Below the pieces are notes generated by a model, which saw only the letters and a list, made by a program, of their open reading frames with translations, did no database searches and was not told the origin of the DNA. Positions 11,481-24,065 of a stretch of 64,000 bases of DNA are shown in pieces; positions within the stretch are counted from its first letter, which is position 1; every line of letters begins with the position of its first letter. The stretch is taken from NCBI RefSeq assembly GCF_018977255.1, contig NW_024704742.1:76634001-76698000 (forward strand), in the 5' to 3' direction. The translations under genes and the position numbers were made by a program. This DNA comes from Callorhinchus milii. Taxonomy: Eukaryota.

Positions 11481-13449
11481 TATTTGCAGACAATGGTCTT
11501 AAGGTTATGACTAAGACTTCTGGCTTCTGGTTCATGGGAATCTGAAGATGCATTTTTTCCATCAGAGATATCTTCTGCCGTAATAATGTATTATCAAACT
11601 TTTATTGGCTTTACTCATCTTCATAGTCCTTGCCCAGTCATTTCACAGTACAACGCTTGCAGAATGGGATGCATTGTGTGGGTTCCAAATGCTGAAATAT
11701 GTCTTTGCATTACAGGAGCTAAACAATTCCACTTCAAAGAAGCACAGTCATCTTTGTTTCCCTATCATTTTCATTGACTTATCAGCACTTCAGGATGCAA
11801 AATTCAGTTGCGTGTGTTGTTATTCATTCATAGGTAGACTGTAATTTTAAATAATTCCAAGTTCACTTCTGATTGAATATTGTAGTTCGTTATTCCCTAT
11901 CTGGTTGGTCGGGTCAAGGCATTTACTGCCAACGTGATTGTCAAAAAGAACCAACACTCGTATATTGAAAAATCACTTTCCAAGGACTTCTATAAATGTA
12001 AATTTGTATTATATAGTCAAACACTAATTTCCACTCAAAATGCACCCTTCCTTTCTAAAGTTCTGGAACCTATTGTTGCCACCCAACTTTGCTCACACCT
12101 TTCCTCTCACTTCTTCTCGAGCCTCTCCAGTAAGGTTTCTGTCCTACTCGCAGCACTGAGACAGTGTTAATTAAAGTCACAAATAATGTCCTCTCTCCCT
12201 GTGACCATCCCCATCTCTCATCCTTCTCCCTTGCCCCCTATTTGCCCATCTTCAGATGGTAACTGAAAAGCCAATAAAAGTTTGATAATGGGCACCTGAA
12301 GACTTTCCTCCTCAAACTTACTTATGATTGCATTGCCTTTCGCCCAACTCAGCGCTAAACTGTGTTTTTGTTCAGTGATTGGAGACACTACCCCATGTGA
12401 AAGACGCTATTTCAATGCGAGTTGTTGTTGTAGTCATCGACTCATTTGGGAAATCCTCCAGTTATTTTTTCATTGTATCGCCTTATATAATGGACAGTGC
12501 TTTAAGAAATTCTAATTCAATACATTTGGAAATGAACAATTATTTGAATCTTTTTAAAAATGTGACCCGACATAATATTTTATTGTGATTTCAAACTAAA
12601 TACGATACAAATACAACTTAAATTTATATTTCGCCATTCCAATTGGGAGGATGTCTCAAAGGGCTTAACAATGAATCCAAACTGGAAGTGAGAGCCAAGG
12701 CATTAATTCAGACTGATATTGATTATTCTTTAACCCATTGCAGCAAATGACAAATCATTTATTTACCTAAATGTCAGTCATTTATTTAGCTGTAGAACAA
12801 GCAGCAAAAATATCATTACTGGAATCTATCTCTAGATCCATTTGATTAAATCTGCATTTCTCATGGCTGCAGTTTCAGATATAGTCTTGTGTGCTTTAGA
12901 TTTAAAATAAATAAATAGATCAGATTTTTCATCATATTGCCTCATGCATTCTCCTTTCCCTTAATTCTTATTCAGCATCAAAAATATATATGTAACAAAA
13001 TAAGCTAATAAACAACAGCACTATGCATACATGGGTATATACTATACCATTCTATTAATCTGCTATATGTTTCAACAGTGATATTGATCATTGAAAGTCA
13101 AAGCAAGCCAAAACAAAGCAATGTTTTTTCACTGTTGGTTTGGTTCATAAAATCTATATACCATATATAAACATAGGTCTTTAAACAGGTCTGTTGGAAA
13201 GAATGCAGAGCTAACCATTGAGAGTGGGATCAGTTCATTAAAGCCCTGACTGATATGAATGAAGCTTATTACTATCTGAGAAATGTTGGTAGCAGCAGAA
13301 GTATTCATTTCTAAATGTTGTGCTTTTAGAATAAGACATTGCTTAGCTTCAGAAAGCTAATGGTGAACTTTAAATGCTGCGTGGTTACTAATTGTATGGT
13401 CTTGTGTTCTTTACTGCCAATGCTTTAAAGCTACAAAATTAAAATATTA

Positions 13450-13750
13450 AAAAAAACTTTGCATTTGACATAGTCCTTTATCACCTCAATGAGACATCTC
13501 AAAGGGCTTCACAGGATATATTGTAAAGTGGATTGACACTATATTTTGTGGGTGAAACACGACAGCCAGTTTACGCCCAGCAGTGACCCACAAACAGCCA
13601 TAGAGTGAGTGGCTGATTACATTTGCAGCATTTGTTGGCCAAGACACTGGGAGAAACTTCCTTTCTCTTCACGAATAGTGCCATGGGATCTTTAACATCC
13701 ACCTGAATAGACAGACAGGATCCCGGTTGAACGTCTCATCCAAAGGACAG
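13450..13750 (-). mobile_element. Deu-domain SINE fragment with the shared L2-type tail
   Basis: Reverse complement contains ctgtcctttggatgagacgttcaaccggga...gttaaagatcccatggcactattcg, recognised as the DeuSINE central domain (AmnSINE1/SacSINE1/SINE3 type). Similar copies lie at about 23445-23720, 30385-30860 and 35300-35635. Confidence 0.65.
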
Positions 13751-15319
13751 ATGAGAATATTGTGAATAAAGACTAAGTACGCCTAGCAGCTGCATCAAAA
13801 TATGCTGTACATTTTGAGGACGAGCATTTAGGTTTGATCCACCACCCTTTCACTCTCAAACGTAGGTTTGAATGCAATGGTGAAAGCATCCTCTGTACAC
13901 TGGCTGTATGACTCCAATGTAAATGGTTTGGAGATTCTCCAGCTCATTAGCAGTAGGCAAGGATTCATAGCATCAAACTACCAACACTTCTGGGTTATAA
14001 ATTTCTATTGGTATGAGAAATTGGCAATCTCACTCAAAGAGGCCACAGCACAGATAGTGTGAGAGGTCAGAAAATGTCACATTGGGTTCTGTTCTGGTTA
14101 AGGAAGAATTAGGACATGGAAAAAAGGTGTTTGAATCTGCATCTGGCATGTGAGTACTTCATATTGTAAATGGTGACAAGGTAAAACATGTTTTGTTTAA
14201 AAGCCGATTTCTGTTTCTGATGCAGTACAGACAAATGGTAGGTAAGCCCCATCTCTCTGCTGGCTCTGATGATTGTAAATAAAATGAATCCAGGCAGTCT
14301 CTCTTATGCCTTGATGTCTCCACAACAAAATAATTGGCCCTAATTTAACATTAGGTCAGAACGTGATTGACAGTCTTACTCAGAGAGGTCATCACTGGAG
14401 CATTTTGCATTTTGAAAACAGGAGTGACATGTGTATCATACATGTGTTGTGCTTTATCTTACTTAGAAGTATTTGATGGTACACTGACTTCTCAAAATAG
14501 AACAATAACACTCCTTATACGAAAACTCACAAAAACAAAAAACTTCCCCTGAGATCCATTTAATGACAACTCGCTACAATACACAGAAAATGTTTCGCTT
14601 CAGTCAACAATAAATCTGAGTTAAACCAGTATCTGCAAGTCAGCAAACAGTTCAGGACTTCCTGTCTTTAGGCCCAATTCTGAGTATTGTGCTCAGTTGA
14701 TACGAATACTGTCCAGCGTGAAACTGAGCCTGAAAGGCTCAAAGGGTCCGAGTTTTAACCTACCATTTCCGCTAAGTAAACTCTTGTAATAGAATGAAAA
14801 TGAGGAGCTGCATTGCACATAGGATAAGGAAGAGGAAAAATCAATCAGACTTTCTCCTCACTGACCTGCCAAGTGGACCACCCCAAACCCCTCACAATTA
14901 GAACATGCACCAGTGGAGATGTGGGGTGAATGTGACCCTCAGTGGCAATGTTGTCTCCATTGGTCAATTAGTTTGGTGACACTAACTCTCCCAGCTGACT
15001 TATGAAGAGTGATCATTTGGACAAGGTGGCATCCAATATCTGTGAAGCCATAACCCATCATAAGCAAACCTCTTCAAGGAAGATGGGGTGAAAATCCAAG
15101 GAGATTAAAAAATGAAGGTGCCCGGACAATTCAACGTGGTAAAAGAAATACAAGTTATATGACACTGATTAGTCAATTGGTGACAATAACATCCTATCTA
15201 TGTAATGCAGCAAACATAATCTTGAATATATCATCTCTGTAGATAGAACAATATTTATGTATAAGTAATTAATTTAATAATGTGCAATAATAATCGCTAA
15301 ATGATGTGGACATAAAGTT

Positions 15320-15967
15320 AATAATAATCCTTGTATTTTGATATAGTGCTTTTCACGTCTTCTCGACGTCTCAAAGCGCTTCACAGAAGAGACTGTAAAG
15401 TGAATTGACCGTATATTTGTGGGTGAAACGCGGCAGCCAATTGCACACAGCAGTGTCCCACAAACAGTCGTGGATTGAAAATGACCAATATATTATTGTT
15501 TTGTTTTGAAGTTTACAGCATCTCATGAGAAATTCTCTGTGTTAAGTATGAAATACAATAACCTTTGATCATCAGAAACTATCTCAGTATTTAATAATAT
15601 TCCTTGCAATTGATACAGCGCTTTATCACACCTTTGAGAAGTTTCAAAGCACTTCACAGAATGTACTGTAAAGTGAATTGACTGTATATTTTGTGGGTGA
15701 AATGCGGCAGCCAATTGCACACATCAGTGTCCCACAAACAGTCATGGATTGAAGTGACCAATTCTTTATTATTGTTTTGTTGAAGGAATTATTACACCCA
15801 GAAAAGCGATCCGCTAATCGACTAACAATCGGGTTCCTATTTACTGCTAGGTAAACAGAGGTGTATGGAGTAAGGAAACTTGCCCAATATTTCACCCTGC
15901 CGGGAATTGAACCCAGGTGTTTTGCTTGCGAGGTGAGTGCTCTTACCACTGAGCTGCAGGACTCCAC
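15320..15967 (-). mobile_element. Two tandem tRNA-SINE copies (3' fragment 15320-15500; full copy 15593-15967)
   Basis: - strand head gtggagtcctgcagctcagtggtaagagcac...ctgggttcaattcccggca with A and B boxes; shared tail. Confidence 0.8.
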
Positions 15968-18379
15968 AACCCTGCAGATTAGAAAATATTTCCCTGCGGA
16001 TTAGAAAAAAATATTCACCAGCTGAATCCCAATCCAAATAAAACAAAGAAAAAAGACAAGAGGACAGTTTGGGGAAAAACACATTGACAAACTGAGAAAA
16101 AAATACACATATCATTGAGTTTAAATATTTAAGGGGGAGATAGATGAATATTTGGTAAGCAATGATATTAAAGGATATGATGAAAGGGCAGGTAAAAGGT
16201 ATTAACTTGAAGATAAATTATGATCAAAGAAAATGGCAGAACAGTATTGATAGACTGAATGGTCTATTCCTGTTCCTGGTTCTACGCTCCGAGCCACTAC
16301 CCTGCTTGAAGGGTGCAATATAAGTTGTTGTGAGTTGTTGTTTTTCTCACAAACAACCAAGCGAATCCCAATTTTATCGGGAAATTGGTAACCAGGTCAC
16401 AAGGAGATATTCCCTTCTCTTTTCAAATAGTGTCATGAGATCTTCAATATCCTCCTTAACAAGCAGATGAAACTTCGGTTTCAGCACACCTAACAATGCA
16501 CATGTAATAATAATGTGATCACTTAATCCACAACTGGTTGTGGGACAGTGCTGTGCGCAATTGGCTGCCGTGTTTCACCCACAAAATATACATTCAATTC
16601 ACTTTCCAGTATATTGTTTGAAGCACTTTGAGATGTCTCGAAGACATGGTGAGGGTGCTATATCAAATGCAAGGATTATCATTATGATTATTATTATTAT
16701 TATTATTATAATGCAGCACTCTCTCAGCACAATGTAGTATTGTGAGCCTAGACTGGGAATTCAAAGACTCTCAAATGAGACTTCAGTCCACAACCTTCTG
16801 ACTTAGAGGCAAGAATGCTATCAACCAATGCAGTTTGATATATTCTAGATAACACACAATAAAGTATTGAAAATATCCTTTGTGAGAGGTTGTACTGTGG
16901 AAAGATCCTGTACCACATCACTTGGTTTATCTAGTATGGAAAATTTGTATGACTCACATGCTGCCAAAGCACATGCTATTATAACAAACAGCACATTTGA
17001 ATTAGCCATGATATGCAAAAGTAAGGTACTTTAGTCATTTCAAAAAAATGAAATTTACACAAAACATAGAGCATGGCACCTTACATTTCAAGGTGCTGCG
17101 AAGACTGTAGAATGTAAGTTCAAGTTAAAATTTAAGATGTGTTTGGGCATACCTGTGAAAGGATGTACACTTCATGTTAACACATACACATATCCATGCA
17201 AAAGAATGACACATAGTCACCCCACTGGGTAACTCTACACTGAGCTATACAGAACCTGTGGGTTGGTTTTGATTGATTCTCTATGAATATGAAATTGATC
17301 TTAGCTGAGACAATAGTTGGAGTGCTAAAATTAGCTGAACAATGGTTGGAAATATCATCCAGGGTTTGTAGTCTCAATGACTATCGATGCTGGAAAGTTT
17401 GTGTGCACAGGATTGGGCTCTGTCCTTTTGGCCCCAGTGTTGTTTAAGTTTGCCTAAAGAATGAGGATTTGAGTCAGGTGTCAGAGGGTATTAGTTCCTG
17501 TGGAACTGAACTACAACAAGGAGGCTGGATGAGGGAAGGGAGGAAAAGAACAAGACTTGTTATAATGAGTGTGGAGAATTTGTGGTTTTATCCTTGAAAA
17601 ACAATTTCAAAAGACTTTAAATCTATCCACAGAAATTGGAATGAAAGCGAAAGCTTTGGCAACATACTTTAGTTCAAGCTATTTCCTAATCTACTTTATT
17701 CAAGATACAAATTAGTGCATTTGGTAGGGGATATCTTTAATGCAATGACTAGTTTTTTTTTCCTTCCACAAAAATAGAATTTCAGGTAATTTCAGGTTTT
17801 CACTCACACCATGCTAATATAATCTGATGGAGCAGTCTGCATGCATCCCAGAGTGGTGGTGTTTGCCAACATGAAGGTCAGGCCTTCTGACTACCACCGA
17901 TGCTAAACCAGAGATATCTGAGCCCAGCAATGTCTGAGCTGTCTGAGCACCCACAGGCACCAGCATTTCAGAGTTCAGTGGACAGCTGAAACAGTGCCAA
18001 ACCTTCATCACTCTTACAGTAACATGTCGGTAAAAAGAAAACACAAAGAAATTTTAAATGTAGAACGTCATCCATACACCTTGAAAATCGAAGACTCTGA
18101 CAGATATTTAACATTGTTCCTTGCCTCGCCGGACCTCGACCAGTACATAGCAGCTTCACATGTCTAACAACTGCCAATGCTTACACACTGGACAGCAACA
18201 CTGATGATTCCCCTACATAGCAGTGAAGCATTCTGAAGGAAAATAGGAATTAAGCAATGCTGCTAAATGCTGACAACGTTCGCAATTAATCATCGAGGAG
18301 GATTTCAGAGCACTGCTCAACAGCTGCCTTGGTTACTTTTACGTACTTAGTATAACTTCAACCAGTTTGGTCATTGACA

Positions 18380-18657
18380 TCAGCCACTGTTGAGCCTGAG
18401 GTAGCCAATACGGCTGATCACTGGGTCCAGGAAACTGTTTAGTGTCCCAAAAATAAACAGTATATGGTTGATTGATTCGGGAAGTTGCTTTTTGTTTATC
18501 ATTGCTGGAAAAAAATTGTACCAGAATCCGAGCACATAGTATGGGGTCCAGCAAATGATGAAGGTGCTTACGAGGACAATGGTCATCTTTAAGGTTTTCA
18601 TTCGCACTTTGGGAATGTAGTTTCTGGTACATCTCAATCCCATGTCTTTGGAGATAA
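18380..18657 (-). CDS. GNRHR2: Type II-class GnRH receptor, coding exon 3 (atypical TM7 end, very short tail)
   Basis: Acceptor ttgtttgttttccAG; (I)ISKDMGLRCTRNYIPKVRMKTLKMTIVLVSTFIICWTPYYVLGFWYNFFP...LPESINHILFIFGTLNSFLDPVISRIGYLRLNSG*. Spliced total 1041 nt = 346 aa plus stop. Confidence 0.9.
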
Positions 18658-19778
18658 CTGGAAAACAAACAATTAATGTAACCATATAATGACGAAGCTT
18701 CAAAATTCAATTGTGAAAGTAATCATATGTTATTCAGAACAGAAAACTTTTCTATACTTTCCAGAGGGTAAATCTGTAACAACAGCTTCCATTTATTTAG
18801 CACCCTTTATGAAAGATAATGTCTAGGAGCATTTCACAGGTCGAACGCCAAGCAAGGGAGAAAACAAGGGGGGACAGGGGCTGTAGTGGGGGGGTGAGGA
18901 GTGGCAGTTTTTAGACTGAATTTATAGACATATGGAGAGACGAGATAGAGGAGTTCCAGAAATTAGGAGTGTAGTACTTCATGGTGGTCATAGGAGGATT
19001 TAAAGGGAGATGGTTAAAGTAATTTTCGTACACTTATTAGAACATGGGACTATTGAGTCAGAGACCACAACAATATTTAAGAGCAGAATGGTTAAACATT
19101 TGAAGAGCAGCAATATAGAGTACAAGGGAAAACAGCACATAATTGAGAATAGGATATAGAGCTCTAGTAAAGAAGTTAGTATCAGCATTAAAGTGTCTAA
19201 TGGCCTCCTTTTGTACTGTAATTAATTCCTGCCATTCTATAAGTCTGAATGATCAAAGGAAATACATGGCAGGTGAGTTAGCATCTGAGAAAGAAGAGAC
19301 GTGCATTACATCCTCTCTTAGATGTCTCCTTTCATGGCTGAAGATCTCAAACTTGTCTAATCATTGCTCATTATTCACTCCTCTGGAGATCATCCTTGTT
19401 GTTCTCCTCTGCACTAGATCTAGGGTCCAGGAAACCCCGAGTAGGCAATACTCTAGGTGAAGTATGACTACTAACATCTTACATTTATATAGTGCCCTTC
19501 GCACGGGGTAGCGTCTCGGAGACTGAGCAATTGCATAGTTTGATACTCAGCTGGAGAGAAAGGGGAGTTAAATGTAAACATGGTCAGAAAGGAAAGGCTT
19601 CAGCTACCATATGAAGACAGGTAAAGAGAGGGCATGATGGATGGATTGAGGCGAGGAGTTCCAGAGTTTCAAACCATAGTGACTGAAGGTACGGGCACCG
19701 ATGCTGAAGCAAATGAGTTGGGGGACACAGAGAAGGTCCAACTTGGCTGAGCAAAGGGGGAAGGTGGAAGAATGGGGT

Positions 19779-19985
19779 TATAATAATAATAATAAAATCC
19801 TTGCATTTGATATAGCGCTTTTCACGTCGGGAGGATGTCCCAAAGCGCTTCACAGAACACACTGTAAAGTGAATTGACTGTATATTTGTGGGCGAACGCG
19901 GCAGCCAATTGCGCACAGCAATGTCCCACAAACAGTCGTAGATTGAAAATGACCAATTTCTTATTGTTTTTGGAGGGATTATTTG
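19779..19985 (-). mobile_element. Young 5'-truncated SINE tail
   Basis: Nearly identical to 55372-55493; CpGs retained; (ATT)n tail. Confidence 0.8.
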
Positions 19986-20303
19986 GATGACACAAAGCAT
20001 CACTAAAAGAATAAAGGGAGAGGTTCAAGTTTTTTTTCAAACATGCAACATACTATGAGGTCTAAAATGCAGTAAAATAAAGGGGAATTAATGACTGGAA
20101 TGGTTTATTAGGAAGGATAGTTGAGGCAAGAACCCTGGACTCATTTTAAAAAACTGTTTGATGCTGTGATTGGGTGGGGGGTGGTGGGTGGGTGATCTGG
20201 AAGGATGCAATCAGATGGATCAAAGAGCTTTCTTCATCCCAAACCAACCTTGTGATCTTGTGCAATCTTTTCACAGTAAAAAAGAGTCAAATGGAATACT
20301 TAC

Positions 20304-20505
20304 TCTCTGCATTCATCTTCCGTGTAATGCAGATCAATATACTGGTGTAACAGAACACCATGATGATGAGAGGCAGCAAGAAGAGCCACATGAAGGTGAA
20401 CAAAAAGTAAACCTTTTGCTGCCAATGCTCTGTAAAACTGCCATGGGTCACACACTGCGTGAAGGGAGCTGGCACGGAGATGGAGACTGTGTGGAAGAGG
20501 AAAAG
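20304..20505 (-). CDS. GNRHR2: Type II-class GnRH receptor, coding exon 2
   Basis: Acceptor ttttctattgcAG; LFLFHTVSISVPAPFTQCVTHGSFTEHWQQKVYFLFTFMWLFLLPLIIMVFCYTSILICITRKMNAE; donor A|GTAAGT; 202 nt, phase 1. Confidence 0.93.
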
Positions 20506-21482
20506 CTGCAATAGAAAAATTAAGCCACTGATCAGTAACACAGTAGTTATATTTGCATATAGCAAGTTAAAATAAGCATATGTCAAACTAGGAGAAATTC
20601 CTGTATCATAGAATTATACAGCACAGAAGGAGGCCATTTGGCCGGTTCTTTGAAAGAGCTATCCAAATCAACCCCACTCCCAGCTTTCTCCTCATACCCT
20701 TGCAAATGTTTCCCCCCAAAATATCTATCTAATCCAAATGTATATTTAATTCAATTGGCTGCCGCATTTGGCCTGCAAAATATAGTCAATTCGTTTTACA
20801 ATATGTTCTGTGAAGTCTTTGAGACATCTCGACAATATAATGAGGCACTATATCAAATGCAAGGATTATTATTATTTTTATTATTATTTAGCATTTCAGA
20901 GAATGCAGAATTTAGCAAATTGTCGAATTCAATCTTATCTTTGAAGCAGTTTTCTCTAAGTGCCGTTAAGAACTACAGAAAAGTGGCTTAAAAATGAAGA
21001 CCGAATTCAACAGTTTGTCAAAATCTGGATACTCTAAAATGCTACATAAATAGAGTTCACATAGACTCAGATGGAATTTCTCCCATTAACTACAAATGAC
21101 ATTTAGCATGATGCATTGAAGCATCTTGCTGTTTCTAAGAATAGTAATAATATTATATGATAGAGCGTCTATAATGCCAAAATGTCTGAAAGCACTTCAC
21201 AGACAATTGCTTTCAAATGTAATGACTACGGGGTCAGCATTCCATGATAATGCTATGAGAGATTAGCCTCTAATTTGGGAGCATATCTGCACTGTTTGGA
21301 ATGAAATAAAGGATCCACCGGTAAGGGTAGGAAGGCTTTAACAGGAGGCGTTTGAATGTAGTTAATTGTTATGGTTTGCCTGTAACCTACACATCTCATA
21401 ATGAAGTCATGTTGTGTGCATCATTACCATAGGTTCAAGAGGAGGCCCATGCTGTCTGATTTGCATTCAGCAAAGGTGAAAG

Positions 21483-22020
21483 AACAACAACTAAATTACA
21501 TTTGTATAGCGCCTTTCACATTGGGAGGATATCCCAAGGTGCTGGACAATCAGTGTTTCAGACCCGAGCTGGAGGTCGGGATCGGGGAGGGTGGAGGGCA
21601 AGGGGGGAAGGAGGCTGATCGAAGCACGGTTGAAGAGGGGTGTCTTGAGACGGGTTTTGAAGGAGGCAAGGGAGGTGGCAAGGTGGAGGGACTGCAGGAT
21701 GGAGTTACAGAGGGCGGGGGCAGAGTGGTTGAAGGCTGGCACACCAATGGTGGGGCGAGCGAGGCAGAGGACGTGAAGAAGGCCGGAGCCCACTGAGCAG
21801 AAGAACAGGCAGGATGGTAGGGGGTTACGAGGTCACAGAGGTAGGGGGTAGCAAGACCATGGAAGGCTTTGAAGCTGAGGACCAGAGTCTTGAACTGTAT
21901 CCTCTGTGTGATGGGAAGCCAGTGGAGTCGGGTGAGGATGGGGATGATAGGGTCACAGAGCCTGGTACGGGAGAGGACATGGGCTGCAGAGTTCTGGATG
22001 ATCTGCAGCCTATGGAGGGC
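21483..22020 (-). mobile_element. L2 3' fragment
   Basis: LQIIQNSAAHVLSRTRLCDPIIPILTRLHWLPITQRIQFK; (TTG)n tail. Confidence 0.85.
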
Positions 22021-23462
22021 GCTATATAAATGCAAGTTGCTGTTGTTGTACCCTTGACATCATAACGTAGGCATTCCCAGGACTGCTTGATGTTTTGCCA
22101 GCCTGTCATGATCACTCTTCCTTGCATGGTTACAATAGTTAACTGTCTCATCAGCTTGCATCTTTCTGAGGTTCTGTATTCTAATCCATACATTGGCTCT
22201 GCAGCCAGACACTTGTTCAATGCTGTCCTTAGTACACTATGTTGGCCATGGAATAAGTCTACTAGCACAATAAGAAAATGTACGCTAGCCTTAACTCTCC
22301 AGACATTCAGTTATCAAAATTTCATCTTCAAGACCCTTAGTTCCATCAAGTCTCAGCCTGTAAGACCATTTTATTTTAAAATTGAAGGTCACCGAAAATT
22401 CTTAAATTCAGTTCTAATTTGGTAGCGAGTTCTTGTAAAGAGCAGCAGAAATCAAACTTTCAAATTAAGATTGAATTTAAGTTTTTTTTACAATTTAAAA
22501 TTTTAAAACAAAATGATTTTATGGGCTAAGACTGGGTGGAATTTCTCCCACTGTTTGTTTGTAGTGTGCAAAAGGGATTTATGCACCAGCAGTACAACTT
22601 GAAGTTCTTATTGAGCACATTGACAGTGTTCACAATTATCACTTTTAAAATTAAGTTAACAAACTTCCTAAGAATTTCACTTTCAAGTGTTTCACATTTA
22701 AAATGCAGCTTGTCACAGAGCTGTTAGTGCCCTCGAGTGTAAACAGTTTTGTGTTTTCAATGCCAAGATGAACTCTAAAATCAGGAAATTCTACACTCGA
22801 ACCAGCAAACCTCTATATTACTGCTGAAATCAATGTACTTGCAGTAATTTTCCTTAGATTTTCCCTCACTGCTGCTTCTCTTTGCATTCAAAAGTGTGGG
22901 ACCATGCAGAGATCAAAACTATCCACTCTTGTTATTGATGCTGTTCTAGTGAAGTGAAAACACTTCGTACTTTCACATGGTTTTATCTTTGTGTCTCTTT
23001 TGTGTCACACAAAGAATGCTATTTTTAAAATAAATTGGAAGTGTTTCTAATGCTTTTCTTGGTAAGCTTTTGAAAGTGATCACTTTTAACTTTATAAAAT
23101 GGTAAACATGGGTGATATTCTTTTTCTTTCTAGGTGTGGGAACAAAGCCTTTGATGGCATTTATCCTGGAGTTTTACTCATTTAGTAACAGTGGGGAAAT
23201 GCAGCTAAGAGCAGTTAGCATTGTAGTCATAAAGATCCATATCATGTTAGCAATGGTGATATTTAACAGCCTCACTCAATAGCAGTAGATTGCTATCTAA
23301 TTACAAGTTGTGTGAACCCTGTGTAAAAACATGTGTAAAGAAGGAATTATCAATGCCCCTAGATTTGGTAATTAACACCCAATAAAAAATAAAACCTATT
23401 TGTAGTGATATAATTAAGACTAATAAGAAAAATATTAATAATAATGATAATATTCCTTGGAA

Positions 23463-24065
23463 TTTATCTAGCATAGTATCGCATCGTCAAAATGTCTCTA
23501 ATGATTCACAACATTTACTGTAAAGTGTAGAAACTTTGTACACTTAGACAAACATAGCAGCCAATTTGCTCCCAGCAATATTGCACAAACAGCCATGAAG
23601 TGAATGATGAATGTTATCTGGAGGATTGTTGGCCAGGATACAGGGAGAAACTCCCTTCTCTTCTCAAATAGTGCATGGATCTTCAACATTCACCTGAACA
23701 GATTGACTGGTTTAATGACTAGTCTGAAGGAGGCATCTCCAATAATAGTGTTCCCCCGGCCTGGACCATGGGGTCAAAGTCCCAATGTGGGGGCTATTGG
23801 GTGGGATGGGGAGAGGAAAGATGACCAAAAGCACGGACAAAGGAAAGGTCATTGGGAGTTAAAGTGTCTGTTTAAGATTTAAGATAAGATTTAAAGATAA
23901 GATGTTTAAGATAAGATTGATCATTCACTTCATGGCTGTTTGTGCAATAGTGCTGAGAGCAAATTGGCTGCTATGTCTGTCTAAGTGTACAAAGTTTCTA
24001 TATTTTACTGTAAATCTTGTGAACCATTAGAGACATTTTGACGATGCGATAATGTGCTAGATAAA
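23463..24065. repeat. Inverted repeat with 157-bp arms (23463-23619 and 23909-24065) and a 289-bp spacer
   Basis: By hand alignment the arms are reverse complements with about a dozen mismatches; both derive from a SINE tail. Confidence 0.9.

Noticed and set aside
18339..18420. Frameshifted remnant of a normal type II tail
   Set aside because: The alternative open frame (DQPYWLPQAQQWLMSMTKLVEVILST) shows no YG-F/helix-8 pattern, and no convincing donor follows DP. It cannot be fully excluded without RNA data.
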